From Synechococcus sp. (GTDB lineage: Bacteria; Cyanobacteriota; Cyanobacteriia; PCC-6307; Cyanobiaceae): a stretch of 56,569 nt of DNA. The stretch spans positions 1 through 56,569 of the forward strand of contig JAAXIH010000103.1 of assembly GCA_012270465.1 (NCBI GenBank). Direction: 5' to 3'. Both the position numbers and the translations under genes were made by a program. Positions 20,732-30,316 of this stretch are shown here, piece after piece (the first letter of the stretch is position 1; every line of letters starts with the position of its first letter). Under the pieces are notes generated by a model. The model saw only the letters and a program-made list of their open reading frames with translations. It made no database searches and was not told where the DNA came from.

Positions 20732-21768
20732 GCGGCCACCTTGCCCATCATTTGGTGGTGCTCGACGTAGTCGAGGCTCCATTCATCGGGAGCTGCAGCA
20801 ATGCGCTGTTCCAGACGGGCATACAGCTCATCGGCGGCGGCATCGCCAGCGGTTGAGGCAAAGCTGTGGCGACTCCAGCTGCGGATGGTGGCCATCAAGC
20901 CAGCGGCGAAGGCAGCCGTATCACCGTTCTCCTTCCAGCGGCGGCGGTAGGGGCACTCCACATACACCGTGCGCTGATCAATCAGGCGCAGGCCGTTGCG
21001 GTAGGCCGCTGAAGTGGTGTCCTTCAGCGGTGCCATGAACTCATCGGGTGACTTGTAGAAGTTCATCACCGTGGCCGCGCGGTAGTGATCGGCGCTGATG
21101 CGACCTTCATCGGCCATCTCTCGCCAGATCTGGTGCAGCTGATCGTGCACATTGCGGGTGCGGCCGCCGTTATGTCCCAAGTAGAGACCGGCCTCATCGC
21201 GGGAGAGGTTCACCGTCAACAAACGGCCTCCCACCTGCAGTTCCCTAGAGCGCAGCTCCAGCAGGGCATTCCAGTCGCGCATGGCCTGCGCGGTGAAACG
21301 GCCCAGGGCCTCAGCATCACCGGAGGCCTGAACGTGGGTGTGGCCATCGAGGGCACCCGCCGACTGACTGAGCCAGTGCATGGCGGTGGCGGTAAAGCCA
21401 AAGCTGACCGACCCCGGCGCCATCACCTGCTCGTAGAAGCTGCGGCAGCTCACCAGCACCGTTGGGCTGGGAGGGCGCGACAACTGCAGCGCCACATTGG
21501 CGGCCAAGGCCACGTTGTCGTTGCTGGGCAGGTCATTGCCCACCAGCGTGTAGTGGGCCTGGGGCTGGCGCTCGTGGAGGCGATCCAACACGGAGTTCCA
21601 CAGCCCAACGGCTGTGCCGCCATCGGCAGCCCCGTAGTCGATCAGGGTGTATGCGCTCTGCTGTGGCAGAGCGTCAACGCAAGCTAAGGCCCAGTCCGAA
21701 GCGGCTTCGATGCAGCGCAATGCGCCTTCGGTCTGCGCGCTGTAACCCGTCGTCATGGCGATGGCCAT
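20728..21768 (-). CDS. SAM-dependent methyltransferase, SABATH (carboxyl/N-methyltransferase)-like
   Basis: DYGAADG, NDLPSND, SFYEQV and AMHWLS match SABATH consensus motifs DLGCxxG, NDLPxNDF, GSFY and LHWLS. Confidence 0.85.
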   Translation of the reverse strand: MAIAMTTGYSAQTEGALRCIEAASDWALACVDALPQQSAYTLIDYGAADGGTAVGLWNSVLDRLHERQPQAHYTLVGNDLPSNDNVALAANVALQLSRPPSPTVLVSCRSFYEQVMAPGSVSFGFTATAMHWLSQSAGALDGHTHVQASGDAEALGRFTAQAMRDWNALLELRSRELQVGGRLLTVNLSRDEAGLYLGHNGGRTRNVHDQLHQIWREMADEGRISADHYRAATVMNFYKSPDEFMAPLKDTTSAAYRNGLRLIDQRTVYVECPYRRRWKENGDTAAFAAGLMATIRSWSRHSFASTAGDAAADELYARLEQRIAAAPDEWSLDYVEHHQMMGKVAA

Positions 21769-21845
21769 GATGTCGTCAGCGGCAATGGCCAACCTAAAGA
21801 TTGGCCCTCAATCCCGCCGCCGACTGTCTTGTTTTGTGATCAGCG

Positions 21846-22448
21846 CTACTGATCGTTGAGGAGTTTGCCCAACTCGGGCTCGAGCAGGGCAAAGGCGCGG
21901 CCGCGATGGCCCACAGCTCGCTTCTGCTCAGGCGCCATTTCAGCAAAGGTCAACGCGGTGCCCTCAACCTCAAAAATCGGGTCGTAACCAAAGCCTGAAT
22001 CACCCCGAGGCTCGCTGGTGATCACACCAGCGCAGCAGCCCTCAACTTCAAGCAGCACCTGCCCCGATGCATCCGCCAGGCAAAGCGCAGCGCGAAATTC
22101 AGCGCGCCGATCGTCCTGGCCGCCCAGCTCGCTCAAGAGCCGCGCAATCCGTTCTGGATCAGTCGCGGCATAGCGGGCGGAATGCACCCCTGGAGCCCCC
22201 CCGAGAGCCATCACGCTGAGGCCGGAATCATCCGCCAACGCCCACGCCCCGCTCGCCTTGGCGACTGCCAGCGCTTTGAGCCGGGCATTCTCAGCAAAGG
22301 TGAGTCCTGTTTCCTCCACCTCCATGCCCTCGGGCTGGGGCTGCAGCTCCAATGGCAGCTGTTGCAGGAGCTCCCGAAACTCACGCACCTTGCCGGCATT
22401 GCCGCTGGCAATCACCAGGGTCCGTTTGAGGCCATGAGGAATGCTCAT
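21846..22448 (-). CDS. rdgB: Non-canonical purine NTP pyrophosphatase (Ham1/RdgB)
   Basis: ASGNAGK, ADDSGL, FGYDPIF and HRGRA motifs. Confidence 0.93.
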   Translation of the reverse strand: MSIPHGLKRTLVIASGNAGKVREFRELLQQLPLELQPQPEGMEVEETGLTFAENARLKALAVAKASGAWALADDSGLSVMALGGAPGVHSARYAATDPERIARLLSELGGQDDRRAEFRAALCLADASGQVLLEVEGCCAGVITSEPRGDSGFGYDPIFEVEGTALTFAEMAPEQKRAVGHRGRAFALLEPELGKLLNDQ

Positions 22449-23896
22449 GCGGCTTCGGCCAACTCGCGGGCCCAGGCCAACACTTCGGCCACACGCCCGG
22501 CATTGGGCGCTTCGCAGTAGAGGCGCAGCAGCGGTTCGGTACCTGAAAAACGCAGCATCAGCCAATGGCTGGGGCCCAAGCGCAGCTTGACGCCATCGGT
22601 GCGAATCACCTCCTGCACCGGCATGCCAGCAACGCTGTCAGGCGGCGCGTCGGCCAACTGCTGCTCGAGGCGCTGGCGGCTGTCCATGCCGGCCAAGCGC
22701 AAATCCAAGCGGTCGTAATGACTGCCGCCGCCGCAACGCTCCTGCAAAGCCTCAAGGCGGGCACCCAAGGGCTGGCCGCCTTCCACCAAGGCCTCCAGCA
22801 GCAGCAGCGCAGCGAAAGCGGCATCGCGCTCGGGCAAGTGCATGCCAAAGCCCACACCCCCTGATTCCTCACCACCCACCAGCACCTGGCCGCTGAGCAT
22901 TTCGCTGGCGATGTACTTAAAGCCAACGGGCTTTTCGACCACCTCACGGCCCAGGTCTTCGGCAACGCGCCGCATCAAATCCGAACCGCTCACGGTCTTG
23001 ATCACCTTGCCGGGCAGATTCCTGGCCCGGGCCAGATGGTCGATGAGCAGCGGCATCAACAGCTGCGTACTGCAGTAGCGCCCCTGCTCATCAATGGCCG
23101 CAATGCGATCACCATCGCCGTCAAAAACAATGCCCACCGCGGGCTGACCAGCGGCTGTGCTGGCTTTGACCTGGGCAATCAACTCCCCGAGGTAGGGGGC
23201 CAGCGGCTCGGGTGGATGGCCACCAAACAGGGGATCGCGCTGCGAGCGGATTTCACTCACCGCCTCCCCCAACAGCGCCGGCAGACCACCAGCGGCCGAG
23301 CCATGCATGGGATCAACGATCACCTTGAGGCCCAAGCTCTGCAGCCCATGGCGCAGCGCGTTGGTGTCCATGGCGCCGCGCAGGCCCTGGAGGTATTCCG
23401 CCCAACCGTCAAAGCATTCGGTTTCTCCTGGCTGCGGCACCGTGATGCCGCCGGCCTGCAGGCGCCGCTCAACGCGCTTGGTGAAATCACCTTCCACCGA
23501 GCCGCCGAAGTGGCCCTTGATCTTGAGGCCAAGCCATTCGGGAGGGTTGTGGCTGGCGGTGATCACCAGCGCGCCCAGGGCACGGCGCTCCACCACCACC
23601 CAACTGCAGGCGGGCGTGGGCAAGGGTTCTTGCGCCAGCAGCGGCTCCAACCCCACCCCGCGCACAGCAGCAGCGATGGCGGCTGCCAATTCCGGGGCCA
23701 GAAAGCGGCGGTCGTAGCCGATCACCACCGTGCGGCTCTCGAGCTCTGGCGGTGCGGAATGGGCGAGCTCCGCGGCCGCAGCCGCCGCTACCGGCAACAG
23801 GCGCTCGATGGTGATGTCCACCCCGAGAACACCACGCCAGCCATCGGTGCCAAAGGCGATGGCTGCAGGCTCCAGGTGCAGGGGTGCGGAAGACAT
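22445..23896 (-). CDS. Phosphoglucomutase/phosphomannomutase family protein
   Basis: FGTDGWRG, TASHNP, FDGDGDR and GGEESGG motifs. Confidence 0.93.
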   Translation of the reverse strand: MSSAPLHLEPAAIAFGTDGWRGVLGVDITIERLLPVAAAAAAELAHSAPPELESRTVVIGYDRRFLAPELAAAIAAAVRGVGLEPLLAQEPLPTPACSWVVVERRALGALVITASHNPPEWLGLKIKGHFGGSVEGDFTKRVERRLQAGGITVPQPGETECFDGWAEYLQGLRGAMDTNALRHGLQSLGLKVIVDPMHGSAAGGLPALLGEAVSEIRSQRDPLFGGHPPEPLAPYLGELIAQVKASTAAGQPAVGIVFDGDGDRIAAIDEQGRYCSTQLLMPLLIDHLARARNLPGKVIKTVSGSDLMRRVAEDLGREVVEKPVGFKYIASEMLSGQVLVGGEESGGVGFGMHLPERDAAFAALLLLEALVEGGQPLGARLEALQERCGGGSHYDRLDLRLAGMDSRQRLEQQLADAPPDSVAGMPVQEVIRTDGVKLRLGPSHWLMLRFSGTEPLLRLYCEAPNAGRVAEVLAWARELAEAA

Positions 23897-24639
23897 CAGT
23901 CAGCGCTGAGTTGATAGCAGTGTCCTGGATCGGGATCAATGAAGCGGGTGTGCGGGTGCCGGCCGGCCAGCTGCGCTTGCTCTTCATCGCTGTTGGCCTG
24001 GGCCTGCAGCACCTGCTGCAGCAATCCGCTGTAAGCCACATCGCCGCCGGCCGTGCTGGCCAGCAGGTGAGCCGGTGTAAACCGCTCCAACAGCTGCGGC
24101 ACCACGGATCGACCCTTCACAAACGCCCCTGCCACAGGCAGGCCTAAATCCATCACCGGTGTGATCACCGCGGTGAGCGCTTCAGCGGGCACAGCCGGAT
24201 CCAAGAAGCCATGGGGCTCCACATACAGGCTTTCCCCTGAGCCGCGCAGCAGATACCCGTTTTCCACCTGGGGCACCGGTGCACCAGCGGTGGCTTGGAT
24301 CTCGAGCAAACCGCGCTGCAGGCGTTCACCAGGTCGCAGGGTGTCGGTTTGGGTGAAGCCGAACCGGCGCGCTTGTTGCACCGCCGCCGCGGAGCCAATC
24401 ACCGGCAGCTCCTTGGGCAAGCGCTCCAAGGTGGCGGGATGGGCATGATCCGGCAGGCCCTGAGTCAACAACACGCCATCGAGATCGCCGGGGATCGGCC
24501 ACTCGCGGGGCAGCGTGCCTTCAAACAACCAACCCGCTCCACCGAAGCGCAGGGGACCCACCAACCAGGGATCCAGCAACAGGCGCTGACCAGCGAGCTC
24601 CAGCAACCAGCCATTGGCGCCGAAATAGGTGAGCTGCAT
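23896..24639 (-). CDS. Metallo-beta-lactamase fold hydrolase
   Basis: LLDPWLVG and LTQGLPDHAH (degenerate HxHxDH) motifs. Confidence 0.8.
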   Translation of the reverse strand: MQLTYFGANGWLLELAGQRLLLDPWLVGPLRFGGAGWLFEGTLPREWPIPGDLDGVLLTQGLPDHAHPATLERLPKELPVIGSAAAVQQARRFGFTQTDTLRPGERLQRGLLEIQATAGAPVPQVENGYLLRGSGESLYVEPHGFLDPAVPAEALTAVITPVMDLGLPVAGAFVKGRSVVPQLLERFTPAHLLASTAGGDVAYSGLLQQVLQAQANSDEEQAQLAGRHPHTRFIDPDPGHCYQLSAD

Positions 24640-24679
24640 GGCGAGAGGCCCGGGCGGAGCACCCTTCTAGCTTGAATCG

Positions 24680-26119
24680 ATGGTGCATCCGCTCAGTGAC
24701 CGCTTGCTGCGCAGCTGGCTGCGTTGCCGGCGCAAAGCCTGGCTGGATCGCCATGGGGATCCAGCCGAGCGGCTCTGGAACCCGCACCGCGCCCTGCAGC
24801 TGGCTGATCGTGAACGGCGGTTGCAGCAATGCATCAACCAGCCGCTCGAGCGCTGCACAGGCTTGGGAGCCCTGCAACGGGGCGAACCAGCCGTGCGGTT
24901 GTTGCTGCTGCGGCGCGATGGCATTTGCGGCCGGCCCACCTTGTTGCTGCGCAAACCGCAGCCCAGCCAGCTGGGCAACTTCAGCTACCAACCCGCGCTA
25001 CTGCAGCCGGGGCGCCACGGCACCCGGGAGCATCGCCTCACCTTGGCCCTCTGGGGCTGGCTGCTGGAGCCGGTGCAGGGCACCGCGGCCAGCCAGGGCT
25101 GGCTGCTCAATCCCCGCGGACAGCGCGAACGGCTGAGCCTGCACAGCGGGCTGAACCGCCAAATGCAAACGGCCCTCACGCGGCTGCAGCAGGACCTCAA
25201 ACGCCGCAACCCGCCACCACTGACCCACGACCGGCGCAAATGCACCCTCTGCAGCTGGCGGCGCAGCTGTGATGCGGTGGCGGAAGCCCAAGGCGAACTG
25301 AGCACCGTGAGCGGCATTGGCGGCAAACGCCAGGAATTGCTGCAAGAGCTGGGCATCGCGGATCGCCAGGCCCTCGCCGATGCCCCCAGCGACTGGTTGA
25401 TGCAGCAGCTAGACGAGCGCGGCATCCAACAACCGGAGCTGGCCATCGAGTTGATCGCCCAAGCCAAAGTTCAGCAGTGCGGCATCGCCGAGCCGCTGCA
25501 GGCCGGCAATCCCGACCCCTTGCCCGAGCTCAGCGATGCCCCTGGGGTGTTGCTCTACGACATCGAATCGGATCCCGATGCCCGAGACGATTTTTTGCAT
25601 GGCTTTCTGCCGTTGAGCCGCGGGGCCGATGGCCGCTTTGAAGCGGCAGGCAGCGCCCCCTACCGGCCGATCCTGGCCTTGCGGGAGCACGGCGAAGATC
25701 GCCTCTGGCTGCGGCTGCAACGCCTGCTGGCAGCCCACCCCGGCTGGCCGGTGCTGCACTACGGCGAAACCGAAGCCATCGCCCTCAAGCGAATGGCCGA
25801 ACGCCAAAACAGCGAGCCGCCCCAAGGCTTGGTGGATTTGCACCAGCGCGTCCGGCAGCACTGGCGGCTACCCGTCGACAGCTACGGGCTCAAAGCAGTG
25901 GCCAGCTGGCGAGGCTTCCGCTGGAGCCAGCCCACCGCCGAAGGGGCCCGCTGTGTGCTCTGGTGGCGCCAATGGCGGGCACGCCGCCAGCGCCACCAAC
26001 TCGATCAGATCCTTCGCTACAACCGCGACGACTGCCTCGCGACCTGGGCGGTGGCTCAGTGGCTATCGAATGCGGCGGCATCGGGCAGCGACAACTCCAG
26101 CCCAGCGAGCTCCGATTGA
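24680..26119 (+). CDS. TM0106 family RecB/Cas4-like putative nuclease
   Basis: WLRCRRKAWLD, CTLCSWRRSC, HhH (SGIGGKR), and an RNase H-like C-terminus (YDIESDP, SYGLKAVA, YNRDDC). Confidence 0.82.
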   Translation: MVHPLSDRLLRSWLRCRRKAWLDRHGDPAERLWNPHRALQLADRERRLQQCINQPLERCTGLGALQRGEPAVRLLLLRRDGICGRPTLLLRKPQPSQLGNFSYQPALLQPGRHGTREHRLTLALWGWLLEPVQGTAASQGWLLNPRGQRERLSLHSGLNRQMQTALTRLQQDLKRRNPPPLTHDRRKCTLCSWRRSCDAVAEAQGELSTVSGIGGKRQELLQELGIADRQALADAPSDWLMQQLDERGIQQPELAIELIAQAKVQQCGIAEPLQAGNPDPLPELSDAPGVLLYDIESDPDARDDFLHGFLPLSRGADGRFEAAGSAPYRPILALREHGEDRLWLRLQRLLAAHPGWPVLHYGETEAIALKRMAERQNSEPPQGLVDLHQRVRQHWRLPVDSYGLKAVASWRGFRWSQPTAEGARCVLWWRQWRARRQRHQLDQILRYNRDDCLATWAVAQWLSNAAASGSDNSSPASSD

Positions 26120-26895
26120 TCCCAGCAGCGGCGATGCAGCAGCAACAGGCCGCGGTCCCCTTGGAGCGATGTCACCACCGCGGCGCGCTCACCTGTGGCG
26201 GTGCGCAGCTGCTGGCCGGGCTCCGGTGCAGCCGATCCAGCCGCCACCACAAAACGCCTGAGTTGCTGCTTGAGGCCATCGCGTGAATGGAGCTTGGCCA
26301 GGGTTTCCTGGCCCAGATAGCAGCCCTTCTCCAAGCTCACCCGCTGGCGCAATCCCAGCTCAAACGGGTTGAACTCCTCGCTGAGCTCAGCGCCTGGGGC
26401 GGGGATGCCCTGATGGATCCGCAGCTGCTCCTGCTGCTCGGGGCTCAAGGCCGCCGCTGCCACCAGCGGTTCCGGCAAAGCCTCCCCTTCAGCGAGCAGC
26501 CAGTGCCGGCCAGGAAGCGACCAACCAGCACCACCGGGCTCCCCATCGGGCTGCACCAGCCCATGCCAAAGCAAGGTTTGCGGCTCACCCAGGGCCACAC
26601 GATCAGCGGGGAACAAGACCCGATCGAGGGATTGGTGCACCTGAGCCGCCGAACCAGCGGTGACGAGCAAATCGGCGCCATCGGCCACCACCGCCACGGC
26701 AGCCAAGGCCACCAAACGGGCCGTTGGCGTGACGCAGCAGGTTTCGATCAGGCTGCCTGTGGCGGCTCCCTCAATGGCCTGGGTGGTTTGGCCGTGCAGC
26801 ACCCGCAAACTGCCCTCACCGCGCAAGGGAATCCGGGCAACCGGAAGCGTGAAACGGAAGGGGGACGCTGGCAGCGACCACGCGCTCGCAGTCAT
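26056..26895 (-). CDS. Folate-binding protein YgfZ family
   Basis: KGCYLGQE signature. Confidence 0.88.
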   Translation of the reverse strand: MTASAWSLPASPFRFTLPVARIPLRGEGSLRVLHGQTTQAIEGAATGSLIETCCVTPTARLVALAAVAVVADGADLLVTAGSAAQVHQSLDRVLFPADRVALGEPQTLLWHGLVQPDGEPGGAGWSLPGRHWLLAEGEALPEPLVAAAALSPEQQEQLRIHQGIPAPGAELSEEFNPFELGLRQRVSLEKGCYLGQETLAKLHSRDGLKQQLRRFVVAAGSAAPEPGQQLRTATGERAAVVTSLQGDRGLLLLHRRCWDQSELAGLELSLPDAAAFDSH

Positions 26896-27461
26896 GACTG
26901 AGCCGCCTGGCTGAGCTGATGTTGCGCCGACACGGCGCTGAGCTGATAGAGGGCTTTGAGCTCCAATCCTTCAGCCGCCAAGGCGGCCGCGCCCCCTTCC
27001 TCGCGATCAACAATCGCCACCACCCGCTCCAGTTGGTAGCCCGCAGCGCGCAGTTGCTTGACGGCCTTGAGCGCCGAGCCGCCGCTGGTGACCACGTCTT
27101 CCAACAGGGTGATTCGCGCACCAGATTCAGGCAGCGGTCCTTCCAACCAAGCGCCGGTGCCATGGCCTTTGGCTTCCTTGCGCACGATCAGGGCATCCAA
27201 CTCGCGGCCACCCAGGGCTGCGGCATGGGCCACCCAGCTGACCATCGGATCAGCGCCGAGGGTGAGGCCCGCGACGGCCACCGCATCGGGCTCGACCAAG
27301 GCCAACAATTTCGGTGCCAGCAACTGGGCGCCGCGGCCGCTGAGGGTGACCGGCTTGCAATTGACGTAGTGCTCGCTGCTGCGGCCTGAGGCCAGGGTGA
27401 ATTGCCCGCGCCGGTAAGCCCGCGAGGCCAGCAGCTCGAGAAGGGGATCGGCAGCGGTCAT
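26892..27461 (-). CDS. pyrE: Orotate phosphoribosyltransferase
   Basis: [14 protein letters not shown] and [10 protein letters not shown] motifs. Confidence 0.95.
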   Translation of the reverse strand: MTAADPLLELLASRAYRRGQFTLASGRSSEHYVNCKPVTLSGRGAQLLAPKLLALVEPDAVAVAGLTLGADPMVSWVAHAAALGGRELDALIVRKEAKGHGTGAWLEGPLPESGARITLLEDVVTSGGSALKAVKQLRAAGYQLERVVAIVDREEGGAAALAAEGLELKALYQLSAVSAQHQLSQAAQS

Positions 27462-27520
27462 GAACTCTGGCGCGGAGGCTTCATCGTTTTTACCTTGAGC
27501 CGGGACTCCGTTACGCCTCC

Positions 27521-28003
27521 ATGGTCCGCCAAGCCCTCTTCAGCGCCTGCGTTGCCCTGCTGGCCACGCCGGCTGCCGCTGGCCCCATGGTCTGCACCAC
27601 CACCTTCGAGGCCCCGCTCGGCAGCTACCCCGATGAGCAACCGCGGCAACCGGTGGAGGTGACCCGTTGCGGCGCGATCGAAACCACGGCCGAGCTGATC
27701 GACCAACGGGCTTTCTCCTACACAGCGCCTTTCGCCCGCGGCATCGACATCACCCACCAGATCACCGACCTGCTGGGGATCTCGATGGGTGGCGGCGATG
27801 GCACCAAGGTGATGGGCTTTGGCTTCCCCGACCAAACCATCGTTTGGGATGGCTCAGCGATCGAGAACACCTATCGCTCGCTGCTCGATGAGCAGAGCAG
27901 CCCGCTGCCGCGCCGGGTGGCCGACCTGGAAACGCCTTACACAGGCAGCATGCGCAAGATCGAACCACTGATCGAGATTGAGCCCGTTCGCGGCCTGTGG
28001 TGA
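27521..28003 (+). CDS. Secreted hypothetical protein
   Basis: Signal peptide (..PAAA-G); [13 protein letters not shown]; typical codon usage. Confidence 0.65.
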   Translation: MVRQALFSACVALLATPAAAGPMVCTTTFEAPLGSYPDEQPRQPVEVTRCGAIETTAELIDQRAFSYTAPFARGIDITHQITDLLGISMGGGDGTKVMGFGFPDQTIVWDGSAIENTYRSLLDEQSSPLPRRVADLETPYTGSMRKIEPLIEIEPVRGLW

Positions 28004-28031
28004 CAGCTGGTTCACAATGGCTGTGCTGGCC

Positions 28032-28104
28032 GGGGGTCTAGCAATCTGGTGAATGCAGCGAACTCATAATTCGCCTTAGGCGAGTTCGATCCTCGCGACC
28101 CCCA
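28032..28104 (+). tRNA. tRNA with CAT anticodon, probably tRNA-Ile2 (lysidine-modified)
   Basis: Acceptor stem GGGGGTC/GACCCCC, anticodon arm GCGAA-CTCATAA-TTCGC, T loop TTCGATC; AACTCATAATT resembles cyanobacterial/plastid trnI-CAU; CCA not encoded. Confidence 0.9.
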
Positions 28105-28109
28105 TCCCA

Positions 28110-28688
28110 ATGGCTCTCACCCTCTACGGCGGTGCCCGCACCCGCGCCTCCATGCCCCGCTGGTACATGGAGGAAAAAGGCATCGCTTACGACTGGCGCA
28201 TGCTCGACATGCGCGCTGGCGAGCACAGCCGCGAGCCGTTTTTAAGCATCAACCCCTTCGGCAAATTGCCGGCCCTGGTGCACGAAGCCCCAGAAGTGCC
28301 GGGGGGCCGCCTGCAGCTGTTCGAGAGCGGCGCGATCTTGCTCTACCTGGCCGAGCTCAGCGGTGAATGCAGCAGCAGCGCGCAGCGCAGCCAGGCGGCC
28401 CAATGGGTGCTGTTTGCCAACGCCACCTTGGCGACGGCGTTGTTTGTTCCCAGCAATCGGGAGAAGGAGTTTCCGCGGCTAATGGGTGTGCTCAACGGCC
28501 TGCTCGATGGCGGCAAGCCCCTGATGGGCAGCAGCTGGGGGGTGGCTGATTGCGCCGTGAATGCGTATTTGGCCTACCTGCCAATGTTTTTTCCCGATCT
28601 AGACCTGAGCCCCTATCCAGCGGTTCAGGCCAACATCGCCGCCACCCAGGGGCGGCCGGCCTACCGCAAGGTGATGGGATTGGCCTAA
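28110..28688 (+). CDS. Glutathione S-transferase family protein
   Basis: INPFGKLPAL, FESGAILLYL and VAD motifs. Confidence 0.92.
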   Translation: MALTLYGGARTRASMPRWYMEEKGIAYDWRMLDMRAGEHSREPFLSINPFGKLPALVHEAPEVPGGRLQLFESGAILLYLAELSGECSSSAQRSQAAQWVLFANATLATALFVPSNREKEFPRLMGVLNGLLDGGKPLMGSSWGVADCAVNAYLAYLPMFFPDLDLSPYPAVQANIAATQGRPAYRKVMGLA

Positions 28689-28981
28689 AGCGGGGCCCGC
28701 AAATTGTTTGGTGAGGAAAGGAAAATAAGGCGTTGCAGAATGGCGTCCCAAGCCCGCATGGATGCCCTCCCCGTCTGCCGATCGACGCCTTCAGCAGCTT
28801 TGGCGCCGCATGAAAGCAGGGGAACGCATTCGCCGGCGTTGGCCTGATCCGGCTGCCGCGGCGCCCGATTCGATGACGGCCGACCCCTTGGCACCGCTGC
28901 TGCAACATCTGCACCGCAGCTGGCATAGCGCCACCGGCGACTCATAATTCAGCCATTCGCCAGCTGGCATCCACAGAGTTC

Positions 28982-30283
28982 ATGGGGCTTTCCCTGCGGT
29001 TGCTGACTCTGGTGTTGCTGCTGGCCCTGGTGGCCTTCTTTGCTGCCAGCGAATTTGCCTTGATGCGGCTGCGGCCCACCCGGGTGCAGGAACTGGCCGA
29101 GCGCGGCAATGCGGCGGCGTTAGCGATTGCACGCCTGCAGCGGCATCTGCGCCGGGCCTTGCTGGCCACCCAATTGGGGTTAAGCCTGGCCCTGTTGGCC
29201 CTCGGCTGGGGCAGCCACAGCCTGCTCACCCTGCTGCATGGCTCCACGCCTCCGGCCTGGCTGCAGCTGGTGGTGTTTGGCCTGCTCGCCCTGCTGGCCA
29301 CCCTGCTGGGGGGATTGCTGCCCAAGGCCTGGGTGCTCGATGACCCGGAAAACGCGGCACTGCGGCTCGGCCCCCTGCTCGAATCGGTCAACCAAGCCTT
29401 GGCCCCGCTGCTGAGCGCCATCGAGGCCCTGGCCAACGTGCTGCTGCGCGCCTCAGGGCTGCCGCTGCAATGGGACCGGCTGGTGCCATCGCTCTCAGCC
29501 GGCGAGCTCGAAAGCTTGATCGAGAACGATGCCGTGATCGGCCTGGAGCCCGACGAGCGCAACATCCTTGAGGGGGTGTTCTCCCTGCGCGACACCCAGG
29601 TGCGCGAGGTGATGGTGCCCCGCTCCGGGATGGTGACCTTGCCGCTGGAGGCCTGCCTTAGCGATCTGATGGAGGCGGTGGTCTCCACGCGCCATGCCCG
29701 CTTCCCGGTGATTGGCGAATCCCTGGATGATGTGCGCGGCCTGCTGGATCTCCGCCTGCTGGCCGCTCCACTGGCGCGGGGGGAGCTGACGCTCGACTCC
29801 CCCTTGACCCCCTACATCTGCCCGGTGGCCCGGATTCAAGAAAGCGCCTCCCTCGCTGATCTGTTGCCCCAAATCCGCAGCGGAGAACCCTTGCTGGTGG
29901 TGGTGGATGAACACGGCGGCACCGAAGGCCTGGTGACCATCGCCGATCTCACCAGCGAAATCGTGGGCGAAGAGTTGGAAGACGACGGCGACGACGACGA
30001 TCTGATTCCGCTGGGCGGCAACTGCTGGCGCGTAGCCGGTGATCTGGAGATTTTTGAGCTCAATCGCCAGCTGGGGCTCAAGCTGCCGGAATCCGATGAA
30101 CACCACACCCTGGCTGGGTTTCTGCTGGAGCGGCTGCAGCACATCCCCGCTGCTGGTGAGGCCCTGAACTGGGAAGGCGACCAGTTCACGGTGCTGACGA
30201 TGGACGGGCCCCGCATCGAGGACGTGAAGATCTGCCTCGGAGAACGCAGCAATGCGTTGATAATGAGCCCCCAGCAGGACTAG
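28982..30283 (+). CDS. HlyC/CorC (CNNM-CBS) family protein
   Basis: FFAASEFAL (DUF21), VREVMVPR, VVDEHGGTEGLVT and a C-terminal CorC domain (TLAGF). Confidence 0.9.
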   Translation: MGLSLRLLTLVLLLALVAFFAASEFALMRLRPTRVQELAERGNAAALAIARLQRHLRRALLATQLGLSLALLALGWGSHSLLTLLHGSTPPAWLQLVVFGLLALLATLLGGLLPKAWVLDDPENAALRLGPLLESVNQALAPLLSAIEALANVLLRASGLPLQWDRLVPSLSAGELESLIENDAVIGLEPDERNILEGVFSLRDTQVREVMVPRSGMVTLPLEACLSDLMEAVVSTRHARFPVIGESLDDVRGLLDLRLLAAPLARGELTLDSPLTPYICPVARIQESASLADLLPQIRSGEPLLVVVDEHGGTEGLVTIADLTSEIVGEELEDDGDDDDLIPLGGNCWRVAGDLEIFELNRQLGLKLPESDEHHTLAGFLLERLQHIPAAGEALNWEGDQFTVLTMDGPRIEDVKICLGERSNALIMSPQQD

Positions 30284-30316
30284 TCCCCTGCCTGCAACAC
30301 CGCCCAGCTCACCAGG

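Noticed and set aside
24680-26119. Cas4-like protein as a sign of a CRISPR-Cas or defence locus
   Set aside because: No cas genes or array nearby; it sits among housekeeping genes.
28032-28104. tRNA genes (this one and 49593-49666) as genomic-island integration sites
   Set aside because: No integrase and no duplicated tRNA 3' end seen; flanking genes look like ordinary core genes.
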